Notes under the pieces: model-generated | Seen by the model: only the letters and a program-made list of their open reading frames with translations | Databases searched by the model: none | What the model was told of the DNA's origin: nothing | In this document: piece after piece, positions 19,516 through 28,907 of the stretch | How the letters are laid out: each line of letters begins with the position of its first letter | Position numbering within the stretch: the stretch's first letter is position 1 | Translations under genes and position numbers: made by a program | Sequence record: OL956808.1 | Direction: 5' to 3' (one strand) | Length of the DNA: 64,000 nt | Origin: Escherichia phage vB_EcoM-S1P5QW

Positions 19516-22212
19516 ATGAAAGAATTTTATATCTCTATCGAAACAGTCGGAAATAATATTGTTGAACGTTATATTGATGAAAACGGAAAGGAACGTACTC
19601 GTGAAGTAGAATATCTTCCGACTATGTTTAGGCATTGTAAGGAAGAGTCAAAATACAAAGACATCTATGGTAAAAACTGCGCTCCTCAAAAATTTCCATC
19701 AATGAAAGATGCTCGAGATTGGATGAAGCGAATGGAAGACATCGGTCTCGAAGCTCTCGGTATGAACGATTTTAAACTCGCTTATATCAGTGATACGTAT
19801 GGTTCAGAAATTGTTTATGACCGAAAATTTGTTCGTGTAGCTAACTGTGACATTGAGGTTACTGGTGATAAATTTCCTGACCCAATGAAAGCTGAATATG
19901 AAATTGATGCTATCACTCATTACGATTCAATTGATGATCGTTTTTATGTTTTCGACCTTTTGAATTCAATGTACGGTTCAGTATCAAAATGGGATGCAAA
20001 GTTAGCTGCTAAGCTTGACTGTGAAGGTGGTGATGAAGTTCCTCAAGAAATTCTTGACCGAGTAATTTATATGCCATTCGATAATGAGCGTGATATGCTC
20101 ATGGAATATATCAATCTCTGGGAACAGAAACGACCTGCTATTTTTACTGGTTGGAATATTGAGGGATTTGACGTTCCGTATATCATGAATCGCGTTAAAA
20201 TGGTTCTCGGTGAACGTAGTATGAAACGCTTCTCTCCAATCGGTCGAGTAAAATCTAAACTAATTCAAAATATGTACGGCAGCAAAGAAATTTATTCTAT
20301 TGATGGCGTATCTATTCTTGATTATTTAGATTTGTATAAGAAATTCGCATTTACTAATTTGCCGTCATTCTCTTTGGAATCAGTTGCTCAGCATGAAACC
20401 AAAAAGGGTAAATTACCATACGACGGTCCTATTAATAAACTTCGTGAGACTAATCATCAACGATACATTAGTTATAACATCATTGACGTAGAATCAGTTC
20501 AAGCAATTGATAAAATTCGCGGGTTTATCGATCTAGTTTTAAGTATGTCTTATTACGCTAAAATGCCTTTTTCCGGTGTAATGAGTCCTATTAAAACTTG
20601 GGATGCTATTATTTTTAACTCATTGAAAAGTGAACATAAGGTTATTCCTCAACAAGGTTCGCACGTTAAACAAAGTTTTCCGGGTGCATTTGTATTTGAA
20701 CCTAAACCGATTGCTCGTCGATACATTATGAGTTTTGACTTGACGTCTCTGTATCCTAGCATTATTCGTCAGGTTAACATTAGTCCTGAGACTATTCGTG
20801 GGCAGTTTAAAGTTCATCCAATTCATGAATATATCGCAGGAACAGCTCCTAAACCGAGTGATGAATATTCTTGTTCTCCGAATGGATGGATGTACGATAA
20901 GCATCAAGAAGGTATCATTCCAAAGGAAATCGCTAAAGTATTTTTCCAGCGTAAAGATTGGAAAAAGAAAATGTTCGCTGAAGAAATGAATGCCGAAGCT
21001 ATTAAAAAGATTATTATGAAAGGCGCAGGGTCTTGTTCAACTAAACCTGAAGTTGAACGATATGTTAAGTTCAGTGATGATTTCTTAAATGAACTATCGA
21101 ATTATACTGAATCTGTTCTCAATAGTTTGATTGAAGAATGTGAAAAAGCAGCTACACTTGCTAATACAAATCAGCTGAACCGTAAAATTCTTATTAACAG
21201 CCTTTACGGTGCTCTTGGTAATATTCATTTCCGTTACTATGATTTGCGAAATGCTACTGCTATCACAATTTTTGGTCAAGTTGGTATTCAGTGGATTGCT
21301 CGTAAAATTAATGAGTATCTGAATAAAGTATGTGGAACTAATGGCGAAGATTTCATCGCAGCAGGTGATACTGATTCGGTATATGTTTGTGTAGATAAAG
21401 TTATTGAAAAAGTAGGTCTTGACCGATTCAAAGAGCAGAACGATTTGGTTGAATTTATGAATCAGTTCGGTAAGAAAAAGATGGAACCTATGATTGATGT
21501 TGCATATCGTGAGTTATGTGATTATATGAATAACCGCGAGCATCTGATGCATATGGACCGTGAAGCTATTTCTTGCCCTCCGCTTGGTTCAAAGGGTGTT
21601 GGTGGATTTTGGAAAGCGAAAAAGCGTTATGCTCTGAACGTTTATGATATGGAAGATAAGCGTTTTGCTGAACCACATCTAAAAATCATGGGTATGGAAA
21701 CTCAGCAGAGTTCAACGCCTAAAGCGGTCCAAGAAGCTCTCGAAGAAAGTATTCGTCGTATTCTTCAGGAAGGTGAAGAGTCTGTCCAAGAATATTACAA
21801 GAACTTCGAGAAAGAATATCGTCAACTTGACTATAAAGTTATTGCTGAAGTAAAAACTGCGAACGATATAGCGAAATATGATGATAAAGGTTGGCCAGGA
21901 TTTAAATGCCCGTTCCATATTCGTGGGGTGCTAACTTATCGTCGAGCTGTTAATGGTCTGGGTGTAGCTCCAATTTTGGATGGAAATAAAGTAATGGTTC
22001 TTCCATTACGTGAAGGAAATCCATTTGGTGACAAGTGTATTGCTTGGCCGTCGGGCACAGAACTTCCAAAAGAAATTCGTTCTGACGTACTGTCTTGGAT
22101 TGACTACTCAACTTTGTTCCAAAAATCGTTTGTTAAACCGCTTGCAGGCATGTGTGAATCGGCTGGTATGGACTATGAAGAAAAAGCTTCGTTAGACTTC
22201 CTGTTTGGCTGA
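19516..22212 (+). CDS. 43: DNA polymerase gp43 (family B)
   Basis: 898 aa; exo motif FDIE, pol motifs SLYPS and DTDS. Confidence 0.95.
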   Translation: MKEFYISIETVGNNIVERYIDENGKERTREVEYLPTMFRHCKEESKYKDIYGKNCAPQKFPSMKDARDWMKRMEDIGLEALGMNDFKLAYISDTYGSEIVYDRKFVRVANCDIEVTGDKFPDPMKAEYEIDAITHYDSIDDRFYVFDLLNSMYGSVSKWDAKLAAKLDCEGGDEVPQEILDRVIYMPFDNERDMLMEYINLWEQKRPAIFTGWNIEGFDVPYIMNRVKMVLGERSMKRFSPIGRVKSKLIQNMYGSKEIYSIDGVSILDYLDLYKKFAFTNLPSFSLESVAQHETKKGKLPYDGPINKLRETNHQRYISYNIIDVESVQAIDKIRGFIDLVLSMSYYAKMPFSGVMSPIKTWDAIIFNSLKSEHKVIPQQGSHVKQSFPGAFVFEPKPIARRYIMSFDLTSLYPSIIRQVNISPETIRGQFKVHPIHEYIAGTAPKPSDEYSCSPNGWMYDKHQEGIIPKEIAKVFFQRKDWKKKMFAEEMNAEAIKKIIMKGAGSCSTKPEVERYVKFSDDFLNELSNYTESVLNSLIEECEKAATLANTNQLNRKILINSLYGALGNIHFRYYDLRNATAITIFGQVGIQWIARKINEYLNKVCGTNGEDFIAAGDTDSVYVCVDKVIEKVGLDRFKEQNDLVEFMNQFGKKKMEPMIDVAYRELCDYMNNREHLMHMDREAISCPPLGSKGVGGFWKAKKRYALNVYDMEDKRFAEPHLKIMGMETQQSSTPKAVQEALEESIRRILQEGEESVQEYYKNFEKEYRQLDYKVIAEVKTANDIAKYDDKGWPGFKCPFHIRGVLTYRRAVNGLGVAPILDGNKVMVLPLREGNPFGDKCIAWPSGTELPKEIRSDVLSWIDYSTLFQKSFVKPLAGMCESAGMDYEEKASLDFLFG

Positions 22213-22225
22213 TAGAATAAATCTA

Positions 22226-22246
22226 GGGACCTCCGGGTCCCTTTTT
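22226..22246 (+). terminator. rho-independent terminator after gene 43
   Basis: GGGACC-TCCG-GGTCCC then TTTTT. Confidence 0.65.
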
Positions 22247-22328
22247 CATACAAGTAATATAAATCTATACTTATGAAAAACAGATGATTCTGGACCTTTA
22301 GAATTCCCTAAAAAAATTTCACAAAACT

Positions 22329-22358
22329 GTTTACAAGACTGTTCTTCCATGGTACTAT
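22329..22358 (+). promoter_or_regulatory. T4-type early promoter (GTTTAC-N18-TACTAT)
   Basis: consensus elements, AT-rich upstream; coordinates approximate. Confidence 0.6.
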
Positions 22359-22386
22359 ACAACTATCAACTACGGAGGAACACAAA

Positions 22387-22638
22387 ATGAAAAATATTCA
22401 AACTAATTTTATTCAAAATTTAAAAGTTGTTAACGCAGAAAAAGCTAATAAACTCTTTAAAGTTAAAGAATTTGAAAATGAAGGTAACACTTACGGTATT
22501 ATAGAACAAAATGGAATGGTTACTGGATTAGAAATTTATAATGGTAAAGGAAAATTTCAGTCACAGCCAATTTCTGTTATGGGTGTAAGAAAAGGAATTA
22601 AAACTGAAGATGCTTTAAAGTTATTTGTTAAGTTTTAA
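22387..22638 (+). CDS. hypothetical protein
   Basis: 83-aa ORF after an early promoter, GGAGGAA SD. Confidence 0.45.
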   Translation: MKNIQTNFIQNLKVVNAEKANKLFKVKEFENEGNTYGIIEQNGMVTGLEIYNGKGKFQSQPISVMGVRKGIKTEDALKLFVKF

Positions 22639-22650
22639 GAGGAAATTATT

Positions 22651-23031
22651 ATGAAAATCGCTATTTTGGTTATTGCATTAGGTCTTACTGGTTGTGTGGC
22701 TCAAGGACCGGTAGTAAATCAGTCTGATGTAGGAAAAATTGTAAACTGTTCAAGCAAGTTTTATAATCCTAATGTCAAGTGTTATAAAGAAGCTCCAAAG
22801 CAAACAGTAGAACAAATGCAGGCGAATTTTGACGAAGCTATTCGTCCAGATGAATCTGCTCAAGCATATCGTAATTCGGATGTAATTACACGCGAAGAAA
22901 AAATTGAAAACTACTGCGCCGAGCTTTGGGCTAATTGGGCTAATAATTACCAATGGCGTACCGGTAAAAATGCTCCGATGGAGTATGTAGTGAATTCTTA
23001 TAATTCATGCGTAAAAAATTTGACTAAGTGA
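22651..23031 (+). CDS. putative lipoprotein
   Basis: 126 aa, signal peptide with LTGC lipobox. Confidence 0.5.
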   Translation: MKIAILVIALGLTGCVAQGPVVNQSDVGKIVNCSSKFYNPNVKCYKEAPKQTVEQMQANFDEAIRPDESAQAYRNSDVITREEKIENYCAELWANWANNYQWRTGKNAPMEYVVNSYNSCVKNLTK

Positions 23032-23038
23032 GGAAAAC

Positions 23039-23290
23039 ATGGAAACTTTAGTAGCAGGTTCAATTTTTATGGTTTTAGTTTCAGGCGTGTTGGCTATTAT
23101 TATATACATGCTTCCATGGTTTATCGCCTTGATGCGTGGGTCAAAATCGACAGTAGGAATCTTTTTCACGTCTTTACTGTTTAACTGGTCAATTATTGGT
23201 TGGTTTATTACATTTATTTGGTCAATTGCGGGTGAAACTAAAAAGTCTGCACAGCCAAATCAGGTAATTATCATCAGAGAGAAGGAATGA
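23039..23290 (+). CDS. imm: superinfection immunity membrane protein Imm
   Basis: 83 aa, two TM helices, position between 43 and 42. Confidence 0.6.
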   Translation: METLVAGSIFMVLVSGVLAIIIYMLPWFIALMRGSKSTVGIFFTSLLFNWSIIGWFITFIWSIAGETKKSAQPNQVIIIREKE

Positions 23291-23436
23291 AAAGCAAAAT
23301 TATAGCAGTGTTGCTTTTAATCTTGATGATTATAATAAGTATATACTATAGTGTAACGGTTCCTCTTATGATTCCAACTATTATTTTAGGTTGGAGCTTA
23401 TTACTGTTACAAGTTAAATATGAATGTATCAATTGA
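23287..23436 (+). CDS. small membrane protein (49 aa)
   Basis: not in track; ATGA overlap with imm stop; strongly hydrophobic. Confidence 0.3.
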   Translation: MKSKIIAVLLLILMIIISIYYSVTVPLMIPTIILGWSLLLLQVKYECIN

Positions 23437-23443
23437 GGTTTAA

Positions 23444-24184
23444 ATGATTAGTGACTCTATGACAGTTGAAGAAATCCGTCTTCATTTGGGGCTTGCATTA
23501 AAGGAAAAAGATTTCGTAGTTGATAAAACTGGTGTTAAAACTGTTGAAATTATTGGCGCATCATTTGTAGCAGATGAACCCTTTATTTTTGGCGCTCTTA
23601 ATGATGAATACATTCAGCGTGAACTTGAATGGTACAAGTCTCAAAGTCTGTTTGTTAAAGATATTCCAGGTGAAACACCAAAGATTTGGCAGCAGGTAGC
23701 ATCTTCTAAAGGCGAAATTAACTCGAATTATGGTTGGGCTATTTGGTCAGAAGATAACTATGCCCAGTATGATATGTGTTTAGCTGAACTTGGTCAAAAT
23801 CCTGATTCTCGACGTGGTATCATGATTTATACTCGTCCATCTATGCAGTTTGACTATAATAAAGATGGTATGTCAGATTTCATGTGCACGAATACAGTAC
23901 AGTACCTGATTCGTGACAAGAAAGTCAATGCAGTAGTAAGCATGCGCTCAAATGACGTGGTCTTCGGATTCCGTAATGATTATGCATGGCAAAAATACGT
24001 ATTAGATAAATTAGTATCTGATTTGAATGCAGGCGATTCAACTCGTCAGTATAAAGCAGGTTCTATTATATGGAATGTTGGAAGTCTTCATGTATATTCT
24101 CGTCATTTTTACTTGGTTGATCATTGGTGGAATACTGGCGAAACTCATATTGTGAAAAAAGACTATAAAGGTGAGTGGAAATGA
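23444..24184 (+). CDS. 42: dCMP hydroxymethylase
   Basis: 246 aa, thymidylate-synthase-like fold, recognised as T4 gp42. Confidence 0.9.
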   Translation: MISDSMTVEEIRLHLGLALKEKDFVVDKTGVKTVEIIGASFVADEPFIFGALNDEYIQRELEWYKSQSLFVKDIPGETPKIWQQVASSKGEINSNYGWAIWSEDNYAQYDMCLAELGQNPDSRRGIMIYTRPSMQFDYNKDGMSDFMCTNTVQYLIRDKKVNAVVSMRSNDVVFGFRNDYAWQKYVLDKLVSDLNAGDSTRQYKAGSIIWNVGSLHVYSRHFYLVDHWWNTGETHIVKKDYKGEWK

Positions 24185-25023
24185 TTCAATTCGTAATTCC
24201 AAGTTATCAACGTGTCGGGGCAGTTTCTGCCCTTGATATGTTTCCGACTGATTATGAACCGCATATTGTAGTGCGTGAACACGAAGAAAAAGCTTATTAT
24301 GATGCTTATGGGTCTAGAGCTAAAATTATAACTATTCCTGATGATGTAAACGGAATTGCCGGTACTCGTAAAGCAATTACTGATATGTATGCAGGTCAAC
24401 GAATTTGGATGATTGACGATGATACTACTATTCGTATGAGTTCAATGCGAAAAAGAGATGACCGTCGTTGTGTGGATAAAGTCAATCAATTGACTCATGA
24501 ACAGTTCTATGAATTGATTCAATATGTTGAGGATGCCATGGATTGTGGGTATTATCATGGCCATGCTCGTCTACCTATTTTTAAAATTACTTCATCTTGG
24601 GGCAATTATCGTGAAAATTCATATGGATTCACGAATACATGGTATGACCTCGGAAAACTTACTACAGAACAAATTGGGTATGGAAAAATTGATTTATGCG
24701 AAGATATGTATGCATTTCTCAATTTAATTAGTCAAGGTTATCCGCATTTGGCCTTGTTCAAATATCTGGTTGTATCTGGAAAAGCACAAGCTCCTGGCGG
24801 GTGTAGTTCAATTCGTAGTAATTCTAAACATAATAGAGCGCTTGAGCAAATCAATAGAGAGTTTCCAGAGCAAGCTCGTTGGAAAACTTCTAATATTGAA
24901 AAACGAAAATCGTTGGGTGAAGAAGACGAGCCATTAAAGGTTCTTCGCATGTGTGTTTCACGTAAAGAAAAATCAGAAGCATTTCATAAGTTTAATGCTA
25001 TTCATCCAATAGCAGTTGATTAA
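24181..25023 (+). CDS. putative DNA glycosyltransferase (GT-A-like, DxD), occupying the T4 beta-gt locus
   Basis: 281 aa from ATG overlapping gene 42 stop; IDDDTT motif; not T4 beta-gt (351 aa). Confidence 0.55.
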   Translation: MIQFVIPSYQRVGAVSALDMFPTDYEPHIVVREHEEKAYYDAYGSRAKIITIPDDVNGIAGTRKAITDMYAGQRIWMIDDDTTIRMSSMRKRDDRRCVDKVNQLTHEQFYELIQYVEDAMDCGYYHGHARLPIFKITSSWGNYRENSYGFTNTWYDLGKLTTEQIGYGKIDLCEDMYAFLNLISQGYPHLALFKYLVVSGKAQAPGGCSSIRSNSKHNRALEQINREFPEQARWKTSNIEKRKSLGEEDEPLKVLRMCVSRKEKSEAFHKFNAIHPIAVD

Positions 25024-25100
25024 TGCCTAAATTTATTGTGTTATAATTACTCTATCTTTAACCAGTGAGGAAAATATAATGATGCCTATGGAAAAAATGA

Positions 25101-26282
25101 ATGTCTATTGCAGATTTAAAATCCCGTTTGATTAAAGCTTCCACTTCTAAAATGACTGCTGAACTGACTACATCTAAATTCTTTAATGAAAAGGATGTAA
25201 TCCGTACAAAAATCCCAATGCTTAATATTGCTATTTCTGGTGCGATTGATGGCGGCATGCAGTCTGGTTTAACTATTTTCGCAGGGCCTTCTAAACACTT
25301 TAAATCAAATATGTCTTTGACTATGGTTGCGGCATATTTGAACAAATATCCTGACGCGGTTTGTCTATTCTATGATAGCGAATTTGGTATTACTCCAGCT
25401 TATTTACGATCCATGGGAGTTGACCCGGAACGAGTAATTCATACGCCAATTCAGTCAGTTGAACAGCTGAAAATTGATATGGTGAACCAGCTTGAAGCTA
25501 TTGAGCGTGGTGAAAAGGTTATTGTATTCATCGACTCAATCGGTAATATGGCTTCTAAGAAAGAAACGGAAGATGCCTTGAATGAAAAATCTGTGGCAGA
25601 TATGACTCGTGCTAAATCACTGAAGTCATTATTCCGTATTGTTACTCCTTATTTTAGCATTAAAAATATTCCATGTGTTGCGGTTAACCATACAATTGAA
25701 ACAATTGAAATGTTTAGTAAAACCGTGATGACAGGTGGTACAGGCGTAATGTATTCGGCTGATACTGTATTCATTATCGGTAAACGCCAGATTAAAGATG
25801 GTTCTGATCTTCAGGGGTATCAATTTGTTCTAAATGTAGAAAAATCTCGTACCGTTAAAGAAAAAAGTAAATTCTTTATTGATGTTAAATTTGACGGTGG
25901 TATCGATCCTTATTCTGGATTGTTAGATATGGCTCTAGAATTAGGATTTGTTGTAAAACCTAAGAATGGTTGGTATGCTCGTGAATTTCTTGACGAAGAA
26001 ACTGGCGAGATGATTCGCGAAGAAAAATCTTGGCGTGCAAAAGATACCAACTGCACTACATTCTGGGGTCCTTTATTTAAGCATCAACCATTCCGAGATG
26101 CTATTAAACGTGCTTATCAGTTAGGTGCTATTGATAGTAATGAAATTGTTGAAGCTGAAGTTGATGAATTGATTAACTCAAAGGTTGAAAAATTTAAATC
26201 TCCAGAAAGTAAAAGTAAATCAGCAGCTGATTTAGAAACTGACCTCGAGCAGTTAAGTGATATGGAAGAATTTAATGAATAA
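25101..26282 (+). CDS. uvsX: recombinase UvsX (RecA-like)
   Basis: 393 aa, Walker A GPSKHFKS, recognised as T4 UvsX. Confidence 0.95.
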   Translation: MSIADLKSRLIKASTSKMTAELTTSKFFNEKDVIRTKIPMLNIAISGAIDGGMQSGLTIFAGPSKHFKSNMSLTMVAAYLNKYPDAVCLFYDSEFGITPAYLRSMGVDPERVIHTPIQSVEQLKIDMVNQLEAIERGEKVIVFIDSIGNMASKKETEDALNEKSVADMTRAKSLKSLFRIVTPYFSIKNIPCVAVNHTIETIEMFSKTVMTGGTGVMYSADTVFIIGKRQIKDGSDLQGYQFVLNVEKSRTVKEKSKFFIDVKFDGGIDPYSGLLDMALELGFVVKPKNGWYAREFLDEETGEMIREEKSWRAKDTNCTTFWGPLFKHQPFRDAIKRAYQLGAIDSNEIVEAEVDELINSKVEKFKSPESKSKSAADLETDLEQLSDMEEFNE

Positions 26283-26616
26283 AGATGATTTAGACTTAGA
26301 TCTAGAAATTATCGATGAATCCCCCTCTTCGGAGGGGGAAGAAAGAAAAGAACGTCTTTTTAACGAGTCTCTTAAGATAATTAAATCTGCCATGGAAAAT
26401 GTTATCCAGGAGATTGTCATTAAACTAGAAGATGGTTCTACACATATAGTGTATGTAACTAAACTGGATTGGGTTGATGGAAAGGTTGTAATGGACTTTG
26501 CTGTTCTTGACCAAGAAAGAAAAGCTGAGTTAGCTCCTCATGTAGAAAAATGTATTACAATGCAACTACAAGATGCATTTAATAAAAGGTCAAAGAAAAA
26601 GTTTAAATTCTTTTAA
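26275..26616 (+). CDS. 40: head vertex assembly protein gp40 (start uncertain)
   Basis: ATG with GGAAG SD overlapping uvsX end; track gives a GTG at 26257. Confidence 0.55.
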   Translation: MNKDDLDLDLEIIDESPSSEGEERKERLFNESLKIIKSAMENVIQEIVIKLEDGSTHIVYVTKLDWVDGKVVMDFAVLDQERKAELAPHVEKCITMQLQDAFNKRSKKKFKFF

Positions 26617-26625
26617 GGAGTAAGT

Positions 26626-28053
26626 GTGGTAGAAATTATTCTTTCTCATCTTATATTTGATCAAGCTTATTTTTCAAAAGTTTGGCCATATATGGATTCA
26701 GAATATTTTGAAAGTGGTCCAGCTAAAAATACATTCAAATTAATTAAATCTCATGTCAATGAGTATCATAGCGTTCCATCTATTAATGCGTTAAATGTTG
26801 CATTAGAAAATAGTTCATTTACTGAAACAGAATATTCTGGTGTAAAAACACTTATTTCAAAACTGGCTGATTCTCCAGAAGACCACAGCTGGTTAGTAAA
26901 AGAAACAGAAAAATATGTTCAGCAAAGGGCGATGTTTAATGCTACGTCTAAAATAATCGAAATTCAAACTAATGCTGAGCTTCCTCCGGAAAAACGAAAT
27001 AAGAAAATGCCGGATGTTGGTGCTATTCCTGACATCATGCGGCAAGCATTATCTATTTCATTTGATAGTTACGTTGGTCATGATTGGATGGATGACTATG
27101 AAGCACGTTGGCTATCTTATATGAATAAAGCTCGTAAAGTTCCATTTAAACTCAGAATTCTAAACAAAATTACTAAAGGCGGAGCTGAGACTGGAACACT
27201 GAACGTTTTAATGGCTGGCGTTAACGTTGGTAAATCATTAGGTCTGTGTTCATTAGCAGCAGATTATTTACAGCTCGGACATAATGTTCTTTACATTTCC
27301 ATGGAAATGGCAGAAGAAGTCTGTGCTAAGCGTATTGACGCTAACATGCTTGATGTTTCTCTTGATGACATTGATGATGGGCATATTTCTTACGCTGAGT
27401 ATAAAGGAAAAATGGAAAAATGGCGTGAGAAATCTACTCTCGGTCGTTTAATCGTTAAACAGTATCCTACTGGTGGAGCAGACGCTAACACATTCAGGTC
27501 TCTCTTGAATGAATTGAAGCTCAAGAAGAATTTTGTTCCAACAATCATTATTGTCGACTATCTAGGTATTTGTAAATCTTGCCGCATCAGAGTTTATTCA
27601 GAAAATAGTTACACAACTGTTAAAGCTATTGCAGAGGAATTGCGTGCTCTGGCTGTTGAAACCGAAACTGTTCTTTGGACTGCAGCACAGGTTGGTAAAC
27701 AAGCTTGGGACTCTTCCGATGTTAACATGAGCGATATTGCAGAATCTGCTGGTCTTCCAGCAACAGCTGATTTTATGCTTGCGGTCATTGAAACCGAGGA
27801 GCTAGCAGCTGCTGAACAACAACTCATTAAGCAAATCAAATCACGATATGGCGATAAGAACAAATGGAATAAGTTTTTGATGGGTGTTCAAAAAGGAAAT
27901 CAGAAATGGGTAGAAATTGAACAAGATTCTACTCCAACCGAAGTGAGTGAAGTAGCAGGTTCACAACAGATTCAGGCTGAACAGAATCGCTATCAAAGAA
28001 ACGAATCAGCTCGAGCTCAGTTAGATGCTTTGGCAAATGAATTAAAATTTTAG
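26626..28053 (+). CDS. 41: replicative DNA helicase gp41 (DnaB-like)
   Basis: 475 aa, GTG start with AAGGAG SD, Walker A GVNVGKS. Confidence 0.95.
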   Translation: MVEIILSHLIFDQAYFSKVWPYMDSEYFESGPAKNTFKLIKSHVNEYHSVPSINALNVALENSSFTETEYSGVKTLISKLADSPEDHSWLVKETEKYVQQRAMFNATSKIIEIQTNAELPPEKRNKKMPDVGAIPDIMRQALSISFDSYVGHDWMDDYEARWLSYMNKARKVPFKLRILNKITKGGAETGTLNVLMAGVNVGKSLGLCSLAADYLQLGHNVLYISMEMAEEVCAKRIDANMLDVSLDDIDDGHISYAEYKGKMEKWREKSTLGRLIVKQYPTGGADANTFRSLLNELKLKKNFVPTIIIVDYLGICKSCRIRVYSENSYTTVKAIAEELRALAVETETVLWTAAQVGKQAWDSSDVNMSDIAESAGLPATADFMLAVIETEELAAAEQQLIKQIKSRYGDKNKWNKFLMGVQKGNQKWVEIEQDSTPTEVSEVAGSQQIQAEQNRYQRNESARAQLDALANELKF

Positions 28054-28082
28054 TTTACAGGCTGACAAGACTATGGTATAGT
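28053..28082 (+). promoter_or_regulatory. T4-type early promoter upstream of dmd
   Basis: GTTTAC-N18-TATAGT. Confidence 0.55.
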
Positions 28083-28111
28083 AGTCTTGTTGGTTAAATG
28101 AGGAGATTGTT

Positions 28112-28294
28112 ATGGAATTGGTAAAGGTAGTTTTTATGGGGTGGTTTAAGAATGAAAGCATGTTTACTAAAGAAACCACAATGATGAAAGATGACGTTCA
28201 ATGGGCTACTACTCAATATGCTGAAGTTAATAAAGCATTAGTTAAAGCTTTCATTGATGACAAGAAAGTATGTGAAGTAGATTGCCGAGGATAA
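28112..28294 (+). CDS. dmd: Dmd antitoxin-like protein
   Basis: 60 aa, recognised as T4 Dmd (from memory); position between 41 and 61. Confidence 0.6.
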   Translation: MELVKVVFMGWFKNESMFTKETTMMKDDVQWATTQYAEVNKALVKAFIDDKKVCEVDCRG

Positions 28295-28295
28295 T

Positions 28296-28553
28296 ATGCA
28301 TATTGTTTTATTTAAACCTACTCCGTATAACGTCAGGAAAAATACTCAATTCAAAGCACTTATTGCAGATACGTGGGAATTGGTGCTAGATATTCCAGCA
28401 GAAGAAAGTCCTCCATTTGGTCGAGTGGAATTTATTAAGTTTGTTGTACGTCCTACGAAGAGGCAGATTCGTCAGTGTAAAAGGCATTTTCGTAAGATCG
28501 TTAAGCTAGAGAAACAGTTTGTAACATGTGATTATGCAGAAGTTTTAAAATAG
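28296..28553 (+). CDS. hypothetical basic protein
   Basis: 85-aa ORF. Confidence 0.45.
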   Translation: MHIVLFKPTPYNVRKNTQFKALIADTWELVLDIPAEESPPFGRVEFIKFVVRPTKRQIRQCKRHFRKIVKLEKQFVTCDYAEVLK

Positions 28554-28554
28554 C

Positions 28555-28584
28555 TGTTTACTTTTGTTGGAAATTGAGATACTA
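28555..28584 (+). promoter_or_regulatory. T4-type early promoter upstream of sp
   Basis: GTTTAC-N18-TACTAT. Confidence 0.55.
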
Positions 28585-28613
28585 TATAAACATAAACTAC
28601 TGAGGAGATTATC

Positions 28614-28907
28614 ATGAAAAAATTTATTTTTGCTACAATTTTTACTTTGGCTTCTTGTGCTGCTCAGCCTGCTATGGCAGGTTATGATAAAGATTTGTGT
28701 GAATGGTCTATGACTGCAGATCAGACTGAAGTTGAAACTCAAATTGAAGCGGATATTATGAATATCGTTGAGCGTGATCGTCCTGAAATGAAAGCTGAAG
28801 TACAAAAACAGCTTAAGTCTGGTGGTGTAATGCAGTATAATTATGTTCTGTATTGCGATAAAAACTTTAATAACAAAAATATCATCGCTGAAGTGGTAGG
28901 TGAATAA
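28614..28907 (+). CDS. sp: Spackle-like periplasmic protein
   Basis: 97 aa, N-terminal signal peptide, position and size as in T4. Confidence 0.55.
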   Translation: MKKFIFATIFTLASCAAQPAMAGYDKDLCEWSMTADQTEVETQIEADIMNIVERDRPEMKAEVQKQLKSGGVMQYNYVLYCDKNFNNKNIIAEVVGE

